DNA from: a bacterium
GTDB lineage: Bacteria > Verrucomicrobiota > Kiritimatiellia > CAIKKV01 > CAITUY01
Direction of reading: 5' to 3'
NCBI GenBank assembly: GCA_037143175.1
Contig: JBAWZF010000011.1
Coordinates: 3,747 to 67,746, forward strand
Length of the DNA: 64,000 nucleotides
Below are positions 9,883 to 19,714 of the stretch, one piece after another (position 1 is the stretch's first letter; the number at the start of each line of letters is the position of its first letter). Under the pieces are notes generated by a model, which saw only the letters and a program-made list of their open reading frames with translations, was not told the origin of the DNA and made no database searches. The position numbers were made by a program, and so were the translations under genes.

Positions 9883-10644
9883 TTATCCAATCATTCCTGC
9901 TATTGTTTTCAGGAGATCGGCGGGGTTACTTGATGGAACAAACCGGTCGACATTAATGAATTTATTGCCTTGTTGATAGACGCCGGTGCCGTCAAATAAA
10001 ATGATGGGAATTCCCTTGGCATCTGGAAAATCGATGAGGGCGGCGGCGATGGTGCTGCCGGTGGTCCCACTGAGAATGGCCTTGATCAGGATTATGGAGG
10101 GGGCGCGTGATGTGATGGTTTCCGCCAGAAACCGGCTGTCCAGAATGGCAACCGCGTTGTACCCTGCAGCAATAAAAGAGGTCTCCATTCGCTTGCTCAA
10201 TAATGGGTTGTCTTCCAGAATGATGATCGACTTTTTCTTTCCCGGTTCCGCGTGGGTGCTGGGGGAAAGCGTTTTTTTGGTTTTCTGGAGAATTCGCTTG
10301 ACTTCAGATATTAAGAGAGAGGGATCGCTGGTTTTGGATAGGAACCCCTCCACGCCCATGGTACTGAAGAAGGGTTCCATGTTGGCGCGCGCGGTAAACA
10401 CCAATATCGGGTAACGGGGTTTCCCGTCAGGGTCTGATAATTTTTTAAGTAGAGTCAGTCCAGACATGCCCGGCATACTGATATCCAGAATGATGAGATC
10501 GGGCGGCCTCTGGCGCAAAATTTGCAGGGCTTCATCACCTGTGGTGGCGCCCATCACTTCATAACCCTCCATGCGTAACTGATCGCCAACAGTGAGCTGC
10601 AGGCTGGGTTCGTCATCAATTAAAAGAATACGCTCGGTGTTCAT
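9883..10644 (-). CDS. response regulator with two receiver-like domains and no DNA-binding output
   Basis: N-terminal REC domain (ILLIDDEPSLQ...DLIILDISMPGMSG). A second, degenerate REC-like domain is C-terminal. 4-bp overlap with the upstream kinase. Confidence 0.75.
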   Translation of the reverse strand: MNTERILLIDDEPSLQLTVGDQLRMEGYEVMGATTGDEALQILRQRPPDLIILDISMPGMSGLTLLKKLSDPDGKPRYPILVFTARANMEPFFSTMGVEGFLSKTSDPSLLISEVKRILQKTKKTLSPSTHAEPGKKKSIIILEDNPLLSKRMETSFIAAGYNAVAILDSRFLAETITSRAPSIILIKAILSGTTGSTIAAALIDFPDAKGIPIILFDGTGVYQQGNKFINVDRFVPSSNPADLLKTIAGMIG

Positions 10645-12284
10645 CGATGGGGCTCCTTAATTTGAGGTGCTTGGAAAGCTGTCAGGCCCAGAAGGGCGGT
10701 TTCAATGGTATCCATTAACTCTCCGATTTTCCAGGGTTTAGCTACGGTTGGAATTGTGAAACGAGCCAGAATATCGGTGGTGGCCTCATCAAGAGTGGCA
10801 CCGGTTACGGCGATGATCGGGGTGTAAGAGAGGGTGTGAGAGCTTTTTAGTGTCAAAATTACAGTTGTGCCGTGAATATCTTCTAAAATCAGGTCAAGCA
10901 AAACCAGTGCAGGTCGATGTGCTTCTGCCATGAGGATGGCCTCTTGGCCGCTTTCGGCGGAAATGATCCGATAACCTTGATTGGTGAGATGCTGCTTTAA
11001 AAGCGCCAGGATTGCCGCATCATTGTCAACGATGAGTATAACTGGAGGTTCGGCGAGAGGGAGGCTGATGGATATGGCCGCGCCATGGGTTAGTCCCTCG
11101 GGGGGGCTCATCATCGTAAGTTTACCGCCATGGAGCAGAACGATATCTTTTGAAATGGCAAGGCCCAGCCCAGATCCGGAGGCCTGATTATTGGCTTTGA
11201 AATAACGTTCAGTGATATGGGGCATGGCTTCGGGTGGAATTCCGAGGCCGCTATCTGTCACAGTGATCCTGGCAAAGCGTTCGATCTCGGGATCGGGCGA
11301 CAATTCCACGCGAATCGTGCCGCCTCTAGGGGTAAATTTAACGGCATTACCGAGAATATTATGAAGGACACGCTGGATCATACCGGCATCACAGCGGATA
11401 AAGAGGCAGCCGGGGTCAAATACCATTTTTATGGAGATTTGAGCGGTCTCGGTTTGAGGTCTGAAGGTCTCGATGCAGCGTAAAATCAAGTGCCTGGCGG
11501 GGGCTGTGATGGGCGATAGACTCAGAGTTTGGTTATCAAGTTTGCCTAGATCTAGAATGTCGTTGATGGTAGCGACGAGACGTTGGCATTCAGTATCGAA
11601 GAGCTTCAGGTAGCGGATGGCGTGATCAGGGAGAGGGCCAGCGAAACCTTTAAGCAGGTTCCGGACACCGTACATCATGGAGGTGATAGGGGTTCTGAGC
11701 TCATGTGAAACATTGGCAACGAATTCCGACTTGGCCTGACTGTTCTTTTCCAGATGAATGACGGCTGCGCGCAACTCGTTCTCAATTTGTTTACGTTCGG
11801 TAAAGTCATGGAAAATGGCCAGCAGGTACTTGGTGCCGCTCAGGAGGATGGGGCGTGCGCTAACGAGGCTGTTCCGGAGGTCTCCGGATTTTGATTTATG
11901 AACGGTTTCAAACGTTTCGGCCCCGTGGGCCAGAATCCGGCTGAGATGGGCGGTCAGCTGAGTGCGGCCCTCCTGAGCGTCGATATCGAATAGGGTCAGG
12001 TGGCTAAATTCCTCTGCCGTGTACCCGAGTTGGCGGCAAGCCTGACTGTTGAATTGCAGAAAAGCGGCTGAAACGGGGTCAATGAGAATGATGGCATCCA
12101 TGGCCTGTTCAAAAATGATCCGGTAACGCTCCTCTGCTTCGCGTAGTCGTTGATCAACCATTTCACGCTGGTCGATTTCCTTTTGCAGGGCAGACATGGC
12201 GTCTAAGAACTCTGCGGAATGGAGTTCTGAGGGGGGGGTGGAATTTTCACGAAGGGGTAGCACTTTATAATTCGCCTTATTCAC
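10641..12284 (-). CDS. PAS-domain hybrid sensor histidine kinase (HisKA, HATPase_c, C-terminal receiver)
   Basis: H-box VSHELRTPITSM, G-box GSGLGLAISKDIV, and a C-terminal REC domain (ILIVDNDAAIL...LVLLDLIL). Confidence 0.85.
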   Translation of the reverse strand: MNKANYKVLPLRENSTPPSELHSAEFLDAMSALQKEIDQREMVDQRLREAEERYRIIFEQAMDAIILIDPVSAAFLQFNSQACRQLGYTAEEFSHLTLFDIDAQEGRTQLTAHLSRILAHGAETFETVHKSKSGDLRNSLVSARPILLSGTKYLLAIFHDFTERKQIENELRAAVIHLEKNSQAKSEFVANVSHELRTPITSMMYGVRNLLKGFAGPLPDHAIRYLKLFDTECQRLVATINDILDLGKLDNQTLSLSPITAPARHLILRCIETFRPQTETAQISIKMVFDPGCLFIRCDAGMIQRVLHNILGNAVKFTPRGGTIRVELSPDPEIERFARITVTDSGLGIPPEAMPHITERYFKANNQASGSGLGLAISKDIVLLHGGKLTMMSPPEGLTHGAAISISLPLAEPPVILIVDNDAAILALLKQHLTNQGYRIISAESGQEAILMAEAHRPALVLLDLILEDIHGTTVILTLKSSHTLSYTPIIAVTGATLDEATTDILARFTIPTVAKPWKIGELMDTIETALLGLTAFQAPQIKEPHR

Positions 12285-12359
12285 TATATTATCGGAGCAC
12301 TAAGGCCAATTAGCCCTATGGCAGCTCAAAATCAAGAATAATATTTTTTTGTTTTTGTT

Positions 12360-12387
12360 TTGACGTTAATCCGATGAACTCTATACT
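12360..12387 (+). promoter_or_regulatory. putative sigma70-type promoter (TTGACG, 16 nt, TATACT)
   Basis: Consensus-like -35 and -10 hexamers with a 16-nt spacer, about 45 bp upstream of the ATG at 12436. Confidence 0.4.
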
Positions 12388-12435
12388 GGCTGTCATTATA
12401 TCTAAATCCGGATCGTTGAATGACGCAAGGAGCCC

Positions 12436-13044
12436 ATGATGAAATACGAATACGCGATTAAAAAAATGGCGGTATGTGTTGCGCTCATTCTGGCTTTTGG
12501 GACGGTAAACGGTCTGGCGCAGGGGCGGGTGCGTGAAGGGGGATCCATACTAAAAGTCCGCGAATTGACCGGTTATGGGCCCCGGGGCTTGGTTAAAAGT
12601 CCCGATTCAGGCTCCTCCAAGCGTGCTGGATCCCGTGAATGGGCGGAACTTAATGTCCAATTTGATACTGAGCCGGAGTGGGTGGACGAGGTCGTATTCA
12701 ATTTCTATGTTTTGTTGCGAGACCGGGGCGGATCGGATTATACCTTGCTTAAAGGCGTTGTGACTTATGTGGATGTGGAGCGTGGTCGTTCTCATCAAGG
12801 GGTAGCCTATGTCCGGCCGACAGCACTGGCGCGGTACGGTGAAATTGTGGGGGTAGCTGTCGAGGCTAGTGTGAAGGGCGAAGTGGTGAGCGTTTTGACA
12901 GAAGGTCGATTGGGGCCGAGCAAGCCGTTGCCTTTGGAATGGTGGAAAAACCCCAAATTAAGCCCCAAAGATGGGTATGTCGTGGATAAATCGAAGACCC
13001 CGTTTGCGTTGATCAATTTCGATAATTACGAGGCTCTCAAGTAG
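12436..13044 (+). CDS. secreted hypothetical protein; first gene of the T4P-like cluster (Amuc_1102-like position)
   Basis: Signal peptide (MAVCVALILAFGTVNGLAQG). No recognisable motif. Gene order matches the Akkermansia Amuc_1102 to Amuc_1098 locus as I recall it. Confidence 0.5.
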   Translation: MMKYEYAIKKMAVCVALILAFGTVNGLAQGRVREGGSILKVRELTGYGPRGLVKSPDSGSSKRAGSREWAELNVQFDTEPEWVDEVVFNFYVLLRDRGGSDYTLLKGVVTYVDVERGRSHQGVAYVRPTALARYGEIVGVAVEASVKGEVVSVLTEGRLGPSKPLPLEWWKNPKLSPKDGYVVDKSKTPFALINFDNYEALK

Positions 13045-13054
13045 GCAGCTCATT

Positions 13055-14782
13055 ATGTTCGGATCAGATCGTATTCTAGCATTGGACATTGGAAACAGCA
13101 AGATTGTGCTTGCTGAATTCAAGCTTGCGGGGGCGCAAAACCTCGAATTGGTTAATTATGCCGTGTCGCCTTTGGGGATTGATCCGGAGAGTACGTCGGA
13201 TGTTTCGGCCTATATCGTTTCGGGTATTCGTGATGCGATGCGGGCGAGTAACATCCGTCCCGGACCGGTTAGTGTTTCGGTATCAGGGCAGATGGTATTC
13301 CCGCGTTATGTGAAATTGCCGCCGGTGACTCCAGATAAAATTTCGCAGATTGTGAAATATGAGGCGCAGCAAAACGTCCCGTTTCCCATTGATGAAGTAG
13401 TCTGGGACTACCAGTTGGTGGGGCAGGATACCGGCGAGCTGAGCGTTCTGTTGGTGGCGGTGAAGGGGGATTTCGTTAAGAATATCACCGATTGTGTTGA
13501 GGCTGCGGGGCTCGAACCGATGTTGGTGGATGTGTCTCCGCTCGCGCTTTATAATACCGTGCGCTATAATTACGCCGATTTGCCGGGTTGTACTATGATT
13601 CTGGACATGGGGGCGCGCTCCACGAATGTGGTGTTTGTTGAAGGAACAAAAATCTTCAGTCGAAGTATTCCGGTGGCGGGTATGGCGATCACCCGTGATG
13701 TGATGAAGGAATTTGAGCTGTCGTTTGAAGAGGCTGAGCAGCTCAAGATTGCGCATGCTTTTGTTGGATTTGGTGGCGTATACGAGGGGCATGAGGTCGG
13801 GGTCTCCGATCGCACTTCCAAGATCGCGCGTAATATTATGACGCGGTTACATGCTGAAGTCATTCGAACGATCAATTTTTATCGTAGCCAGCAGGGCGGG
13901 GCGCAGCCTGAAATGGTGCTGTTGACCGGGGGCTGTTCGGTGATCCCTCAGGCCAATGTGTTCCTGAAAGAAAAGCTTAAAATTGAGGTGGATTTTCTCA
14001 ATCCGTTCCGCAATGTAGCGGTGAGTTCAAATATTTCGTCCGACAAAGTGGGCGAAAATCTACACTTGTTGGGGGAAGTGGTCGGTTTGGCGCTGCGGCG
14101 CACTTTATCTTGCCCTGTGGAGATCAATCTTCTGCCGCATGAGTTGGCTGCCCGACGCGTGTTGCAACGTCGCATGCCGTTTTTCGGGTTGGCCTCAGTC
14201 GGCTTGGTGTTTATTGTACTTGTGTTTGGCATGTTTCTTCATCAGATGAAGTCTATGGCGCAAGACCGGTTGATTAAGGTGCAGTCCCGTATTGATGATT
14301 TATCCACTCCTAACGCAACCTTGGGGCAATTGGCAAAGCAGAAATCTCAGTTATATGCCCAGGCTGCAGACTTAAGCACTTTGCTTGAAGGCCGGGTACA
14401 ATGGTTGACGATTCTGGACGACTTGCATCAGCGTTTGGCTCCGGGAATGTGGTTGACTTCAGTGCGGGTTTTGCCAGCAAAGGATGAAAAGGCGCCTTCG
14501 AGATTTGAAATCAAGGGCATGGCGTTTACGGATGAGGTTAACAATCAGGCAATTACTGAATATGTGGCGAAGCTGAAGGGAGTCGGGTACTTTGCGGATG
14601 ATCTTCAGATCAAGCGTATTAAGCCAGTGGAAAGTACTGATTATGCCACTGAATTTACTGTGGAGCTCGGGCTGAACAAGACTCCTGTTCCTGCTGTCAA
14701 GGTGGTACAACCGATGCTTGAGGCGAAAGCCGGCGTTAGTGAGGATAAAGGCGGCAAAACCAGCGGCAAGGGGAACCCGTAA
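13055..14782 (+). CDS. type IV pilus assembly protein PilM fused to a PilN-like membrane/coiled-coil domain (Amuc_1101/FtsA-like)
   Basis: N-terminal actin-like PilM fold (ILALDIGNSKIVLAEF..., LVDVSPLALYN), one TM helix near aa 375 (FFGLASVGLVFIVLVFGMFL), then a PilN-like periplasmic region. Confidence 0.75.
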   Translation: MFGSDRILALDIGNSKIVLAEFKLAGAQNLELVNYAVSPLGIDPESTSDVSAYIVSGIRDAMRASNIRPGPVSVSVSGQMVFPRYVKLPPVTPDKISQIVKYEAQQNVPFPIDEVVWDYQLVGQDTGELSVLLVAVKGDFVKNITDCVEAAGLEPMLVDVSPLALYNTVRYNYADLPGCTMILDMGARSTNVVFVEGTKIFSRSIPVAGMAITRDVMKEFELSFEEAEQLKIAHAFVGFGGVYEGHEVGVSDRTSKIARNIMTRLHAEVIRTINFYRSQQGGAQPEMVLLTGGCSVIPQANVFLKEKLKIEVDFLNPFRNVAVSSNISSDKVGENLHLLGEVVGLALRRTLSCPVEINLLPHELAARRVLQRRMPFFGLASVGLVFIVLVFGMFLHQMKSMAQDRLIKVQSRIDDLSTPNATLGQLAKQKSQLYAQAADLSTLLEGRVQWLTILDDLHQRLAPGMWLTSVRVLPAKDEKAPSRFEIKGMAFTDEVNNQAITEYVAKLKGVGYFADDLQIKRIKPVESTDYATEFTVELGLNKTPVPAVKVVQPMLEAKAGVSEDKGGKTSGKGNP

Positions 14783-14785
14783 CCT

Positions 14786-15781
14786 ATGCAGTCCCGGCGT
14801 AAACTTTTGATCATCATTGTGGCGAGTATATTGGTTCTGCTTTTGGCGGGAGCAGCGACGCTTCTGGTGCGGGGGTTTCTGCAATTGCAAGAGGTGGATG
14901 CCAGCCTGCAAACTGCAAGCGAAACCTTGACTTCACTGTACGCGCAAAATCCATTCCCCTCTGGTGGTAATCTTCGGCTTGAGCGTGAGAATATTAAGAG
15001 TATTGGAGAGGAATTGCTTGGATTACAGTTGGCGATGAGCGAGGGGCAGGTGGAGCCGATTGCGCAAAGTCCCGCCAAATGTATCACTCAATTCTGGGAG
15101 ACGCGGAACTCACTTCTAGCTCGAGCCGGAGGTACCGTGAAAATTGATAAAGGGTTTGATTTTGGATTTGGACGACACATGAAGGGGGATTTGCCATCGA
15201 TTCAAGATGTGCCCAGGATTGCCCAACAATTGAAGATTGTCGAAACCTTGTGCAGTATTTTGTACGCTTCGAAAATTACGGCGTTGACCTGGATTTCCCG
15301 ACAAGAATTTGAGTCGGATGCCGCACTTGCTGCATTGCCTGGTAAACCTGCCAGCGGTACCACGGCTGCAAAAGCGGGGGCTGATATTGTGGTTAAAAAT
15401 GTGGCTGATGCGACAGCCGGTTTGATTCCTGCCGGGCAACTGTATGGCCGTTGGCATTTCATTGTCCAGTTTACTGCGCGCGAAGGGGCGCTGATGAAAG
15501 TTTTAAACGGGATGTCGCGCAGTCCTGTGTTTATTATTGTGACCCGTATGGAGATCAAAGGTGACGATAAGGTGTTTGATCGAAAAGAGGCGGAAGCGGT
15601 AGCGGCCAAGTCGGCCGAACGCAATGAAGACGCTGGCGCCAAGGAGGCGGTAAAACCTAGAGATGCACGAGTTGTTTGTGGTCGGGATGCCCTAGTCAAT
15701 GTAAAGCTTGAGTTGGACGTATATCAGTTTGCAAAGCCGCAAACCAATGAGCCAGAAAAGAAGCTGGGGGGGGTAAAATGA
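14786..15781 (+). CDS. PilO-like membrane-anchored protein; likely Amuc_1100 homolog
   Basis: N-terminal TM anchor and a coiled-coil region. The C-terminus (FIVQFTAREGALMKVLNGM...VNVKLELDVYQFAKPQTNEPEKK) resembles the Amuc_1100 C-terminus as I recall it. Confidence 0.55.
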   Translation: MQSRRKLLIIIVASILVLLLAGAATLLVRGFLQLQEVDASLQTASETLTSLYAQNPFPSGGNLRLERENIKSIGEELLGLQLAMSEGQVEPIAQSPAKCITQFWETRNSLLARAGGTVKIDKGFDFGFGRHMKGDLPSIQDVPRIAQQLKIVETLCSILYASKITALTWISRQEFESDAALAALPGKPASGTTAAKAGADIVVKNVADATAGLIPAGQLYGRWHFIVQFTAREGALMKVLNGMSRSPVFIIVTRMEIKGDDKVFDRKEAEAVAAKSAERNEDAGAKEAVKPRDARVVCGRDALVNVKLELDVYQFAKPQTNEPEKKLGGVK

Positions 15782-16809
15782 CGGTCACCAGCATAAATTC
15801 TTTTTTTCAGAAAAATTATGACAGGCTTATAGCTGCGGTCGTGCTTATGGCGTTGCTGGCCTCGCTGGTTTTCCTTGCTGTTCAGGCCAAAGTTCAAAAA
15901 ACTGGGCAACAGGAGTTTGATAGCAAACTTGCAGGTTTGACTCCGAAATTTGCAAAGGCTGCCCCTGCGGACAAAACTATTTTCCGGGATGCATTAACGG
16001 CCATTGCAAACCCATTCCAGGCTGAAGAGTGGATGCAGGATCTTTTGTTAACCCCTGAGCTGAGGGTTCGCTGTGTGGTGTGTGAACGGCCCATCCCCTA
16101 TGCTGCGACAAACTGTACGTTTAAGGCTTGCGGCGTTGAGCAACCTACTGAAAAAGTCCACTTGGATGATTCAAATAGTAATAGGATCCCTGATGAGTGG
16201 GAAAAGAAATATTCGTTCTTTTCCATGACTTCCGACGAAATGACAGTTGATCATGATAATGACGGTTTTACATCCAGAGAGGAATACGACTGGAAAACGG
16301 ATCCACGGGATACGGGAAGCCATCCGCCGTACCTGGCAAAAGTCAGAGTTTCCGGGATTAAACCGATTCCATTCAGGATGATATTTAAGGCGGTAAACCG
16401 TGCGGGTGGAAAGCTGATCTTTCAGATTAATTTGCAGGCAAACGGGAGATCGTTCTACAAGAGTTTAGGGGAAGATGCGGAAGGCTTTAAATTGGCCTCC
16501 TATGATGAGAAGGCTGCGGACGGCCCTACTCTGACGCTGGAGCGTAATGGAAAGCAAATTCCCTTAATTAAAGGGCATCAAGTGCCGCGTGATGATTATG
16601 AGATTTCGTTAGTCTCGCTCTTGGATGAATCGGTTTTTGTTGTGCGGCCGGATGTGGATTTCGAATTTAAGGGAGACCGGTACAGGGTTAAAAAAGTTGA
16701 CACACAAGGGAGTCGTGTACTAATAAGCGACCCTTTACGGAATGTGGATGTTTGGATTGAGCGGCAGGCGCCTAGCGTAGATCAACCAGCGGCAACCCCC
16801 ATTAGATAA
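15778..16809 (+). CDS. membrane-anchored hypothetical protein with a Cys4 zinc-ribbon-like motif (PilP position)
   Basis: N-terminal TM helix, CVVCERPIPYAATNCTFKAC, and an acidic DHDNDGFTSREEYDW calcium-binding-like motif. 4-bp overlap with the upstream gene. Confidence 0.5.
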   Translation: MTVTSINSFFQKNYDRLIAAVVLMALLASLVFLAVQAKVQKTGQQEFDSKLAGLTPKFAKAAPADKTIFRDALTAIANPFQAEEWMQDLLLTPELRVRCVVCERPIPYAATNCTFKACGVEQPTEKVHLDDSNSNRIPDEWEKKYSFFSMTSDEMTVDHDNDGFTSREEYDWKTDPRDTGSHPPYLAKVRVSGIKPIPFRMIFKAVNRAGGKLIFQINLQANGRSFYKSLGEDAEGFKLASYDEKAADGPTLTLERNGKQIPLIKGHQVPRDDYEISLVSLLDESVFVVRPDVDFEFKGDRYRVKKVDTQGSRVLISDPLRNVDVWIERQAPSVDQPAATPIR

Positions 16810-16853
16810 TAAAGCCGCAAGGCTGTGACTAAAGAATGTAAGGAGAACGATTT

Positions 16854-19712
16854 ATGAGATTACAACACATACTCCGTTACGGCTCGTTTTTACTGGTCGG
16901 AGCAGTTACCGTTTTCGCAGCTTATTCCCAGGCCGCAGACGCCGTTATCGAAGAGCTTAAACCCGAAGTTATTGCTGTTGCGGGGACTAATGTGCCTGGC
17001 ACAGCAAAACCTGCTGCCGTTGTTCCTGTGATCGAGGAATTGGCTCCTGTGATTGTTCCTGTTGAGAAGCCGGTTGTGGTTATTGAAGAACCTGCGGCTC
17101 CTGTAGCCGCACCCGTGGAAGCGGTGCCTGTGGCTGAACCTGCGAAAGTGGCGGCTCCCGGGATCGAAGAATTGGCTCCAGTACCAGCGGTTGTTCCTAT
17201 TGAAAAACCGGCTGCAGTTATTGAGGAGTTGGCGGCCCCTGTTTCTGTTAAGGCGCCTCAGGTCGCTGCTGCGCCGGACGCCGCGACAAAACAAGCTTTG
17301 GAATCAGCGATGAAGGGTGCTAGTGATGAAGAGCGTCTCAAAGTCTCGACGGCTGTTTCTCAACAAGAGGAAGTCCGGCGTAAATCCCGCGAAATTGACG
17401 GACGTAAGGCGATGGAGTTGGCTGATGAGTCGTGGAAAATGAATGACTATTCTTCGGCGGCCGAATCCTACAAACTAGCCCTCAGCAAGCTGCCGTTAGT
17501 TGAGCGTTGCATGGGTCTGCGTATTCGAGCCAACGAACGCCTGCCGGAGTGTGAGTATGAAATTGTTCGTACCATGGTCAAGGAAGGCCGGGATAAGGAG
17601 GCGAAAAATAAAGGTGAGGAATTCTTAAAAGTACGCCCGAATAATATACCTCTACGGAAATTGATGGCCAAGCTCACTGAAAAGAAGCCTGCACCAACTC
17701 CTGTTGATGATTCAAGTGCGAAGATAGTGCAAAATGATCCTGAAGTTGAAAAGCAGATGCGCTTGGGGCGTGAGGCGATGGCGGGGCGTGAATATTCTGA
17801 AGCGCGTCGCCGGTTTGAGTCTGTGCTCGGAGTGGAGCCTGATAACCGGGAGGCTATGCGGTATTTGAAGGTATTGGGCGACCGTGAGTACGGGAATAAA
17901 TCAGTTGAACGCGATGCAACGGCTAGAAAGATGACCGCAGATGTGCGTGACACTTGGAATTCGAAGTATAAGGTCATCAAGGGACGCCCGCAGGCTGCCT
18001 CTCCAACGAATACACAGTCTGTTTCGGTCATAGAAGAAAAGATGAAGAAAATCATCATCGATGAAGTGGAGTTTCGTCAGGCGAACATGCACGATGTGGT
18101 TGATTTTCTCAATAAACGTAGCCGTGACTGTGACAAGTCTGCCGTTGATGAATCTCAAAAGGGTGTCAACATCATTTTGAACCTCAATCCGGGAGGAACC
18201 TCCGTATCTGCTCCTGCAACTGTTCCCAAGGATGCTGCTGATCCTTTTGCCGCTGATGCAGTGAAAAGCGGCGGAGCTGCGGGTGTCCCTGAAGTAACTT
18301 TTTCGGCGAGGTATATCACTCTTTACAATGCTCTTAAAATTATTACCAGTGTTTCCGGATTGAAGTGGCGAGTCGATGGTGATGTGGTGATGATTATCCC
18401 GTTTGACTGGGATCCGGCCACTATCGAAATGCGCATGTATCCCGTGGAGCCTACCTTCATTGAGCGTGTCAAGCTGACAAGTAGCGGCATGCCGGCACCC
18501 ACCACGAAGGGGGGGCGTGAATTTGAGGCACTGAATGCCGGCGGAGGCGCCGAGGGGGTTGGCGATATAAGAACAAACTTTGAGCAAATGGGAATGAAGT
18601 TCCCGAAAGGTTCGTCCATTAATTATAACCCGGGAATCGGGAAAGTGATTGTGGCTAATACGGCTGACAATCTGCTCATATTTGAAAAGCTTCTGAGTGA
18701 GTTGAATGTGGTGCCCATGCAGGTTGAAATCGAAGCCAAGTTTGTGGAGGTCAACGAAACCGACTTATACGAAGCTGGCTTGGAATGGCTGCTGACGGAT
18801 AACTGGGAAATGTTGACGAAAAAGAACAGCAATCCATATGCGCCCATGTCTTCGAATCCGAGGATTCAGATGAATGCCAATAGCGCTGATGGCGGATTTA
18901 CAAAGGGGCTTAACTTTTTGGGAACTGATAGCGGTAAGACCGTACCTATGGCTGGGGGCAAAGGGACTCTTGGGGGTATTGCTTCCATTGCCGGGGTTTT
19001 GACGAACCCCGATCTTACGGCTATTCTTCATGCATTGGAGCAAAATGGCAATGCCGACTTGCTTTCTGCGCCCAAAGTGACGGCTCGGTCAGGCGAGGCC
19101 GCGTTAATTAAAGTTGTTACTGAGTATATCTATCCCACCACTTTTGAAGTGCAGGGCGGGCAGATTGGCACCAGCACAGGTACCGGCGCTAATAACGCTA
19201 ACGTCATTCAGGAGACTACGGTTGTTCCACAGGATTTTGCCACACGTGAAGTTGGCGTGATTTTGGAAGTGACGCCTGAGGTCAGTCAGGATGGGAATAT
19301 GATCAGCTTGACCATGAAGCCTAAGGTAGTGACGGATCCCATCTGGTATCAGTATGGCTCTACTGTTCGGCGTGCTGACGGTTCTCAGCAGACATTGAAC
19401 ATGCCGCAGCCGTTCTTTCAGGTTCGGGCGATTGAAACCAAGATTTCGATTTATGATGGCGCTACTGTAGCGATGGGTGGTTTGATTACCGAGTCTGTGG
19501 ATAAAGTGAATGACAAGATTCCCGTTCTCGGTGATATACCCTTTATTGGCGCTCTATTCCGGTCCAAGTCTGAAAAAAGCGTTAAGCGGAACTTATTGAT
19601 TTTCGTGACGGCTAAACTGGTTGATCCTGCCGGACATCTGATTCGAAACCAGCCGACAGATGTCGTTGAGGCAGCCCCCGCCAGTGCATTGGCGCCTGCT
19701 TCCACGCGTTAA
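16854..19712 (+). CDS. secretin (PilQ/GspD family) with a long Pro/Val/Glu-rich repetitive N-terminal extension
   Basis: C-terminal secretin motif ATVAMGGLITESVDKVNDKIPVLGDIPFIGALFRSKSEKSVKRNLLIFVTAKLV, a signal peptide, and tandem IEELAPV/EKPAAVIEE repeats. Confidence 0.85.
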   Translation: MRLQHILRYGSFLLVGAVTVFAAYSQAADAVIEELKPEVIAVAGTNVPGTAKPAAVVPVIEELAPVIVPVEKPVVVIEEPAAPVAAPVEAVPVAEPAKVAAPGIEELAPVPAVVPIEKPAAVIEELAAPVSVKAPQVAAAPDAATKQALESAMKGASDEERLKVSTAVSQQEEVRRKSREIDGRKAMELADESWKMNDYSSAAESYKLALSKLPLVERCMGLRIRANERLPECEYEIVRTMVKEGRDKEAKNKGEEFLKVRPNNIPLRKLMAKLTEKKPAPTPVDDSSAKIVQNDPEVEKQMRLGREAMAGREYSEARRRFESVLGVEPDNREAMRYLKVLGDREYGNKSVERDATARKMTADVRDTWNSKYKVIKGRPQAASPTNTQSVSVIEEKMKKIIIDEVEFRQANMHDVVDFLNKRSRDCDKSAVDESQKGVNIILNLNPGGTSVSAPATVPKDAADPFAADAVKSGGAAGVPEVTFSARYITLYNALKIITSVSGLKWRVDGDVVMIIPFDWDPATIEMRMYPVEPTFIERVKLTSSGMPAPTTKGGREFEALNAGGGAEGVGDIRTNFEQMGMKFPKGSSINYNPGIGKVIVANTADNLLIFEKLLSELNVVPMQVEIEAKFVEVNETDLYEAGLEWLLTDNWEMLTKKNSNPYAPMSSNPRIQMNANSADGGFTKGLNFLGTDSGKTVPMAGGKGTLGGIASIAGVLTNPDLTAILHALEQNGNADLLSAPKVTARSGEAALIKVVTEYIYPTTFEVQGGQIGTSTGTGANNANVIQETTVVPQDFATREVGVILEVTPEVSQDGNMISLTMKPKVVTDPIWYQYGSTVRRADGSQQTLNMPQPFFQVRAIETKISIYDGATVAMGGLITESVDKVNDKIPVLGDIPFIGALFRSKSEKSVKRNLLIFVTAKLVDPAGHLIRNQPTDVVEAAPASALAPASTR

Positions 19713-19714
19713 GG

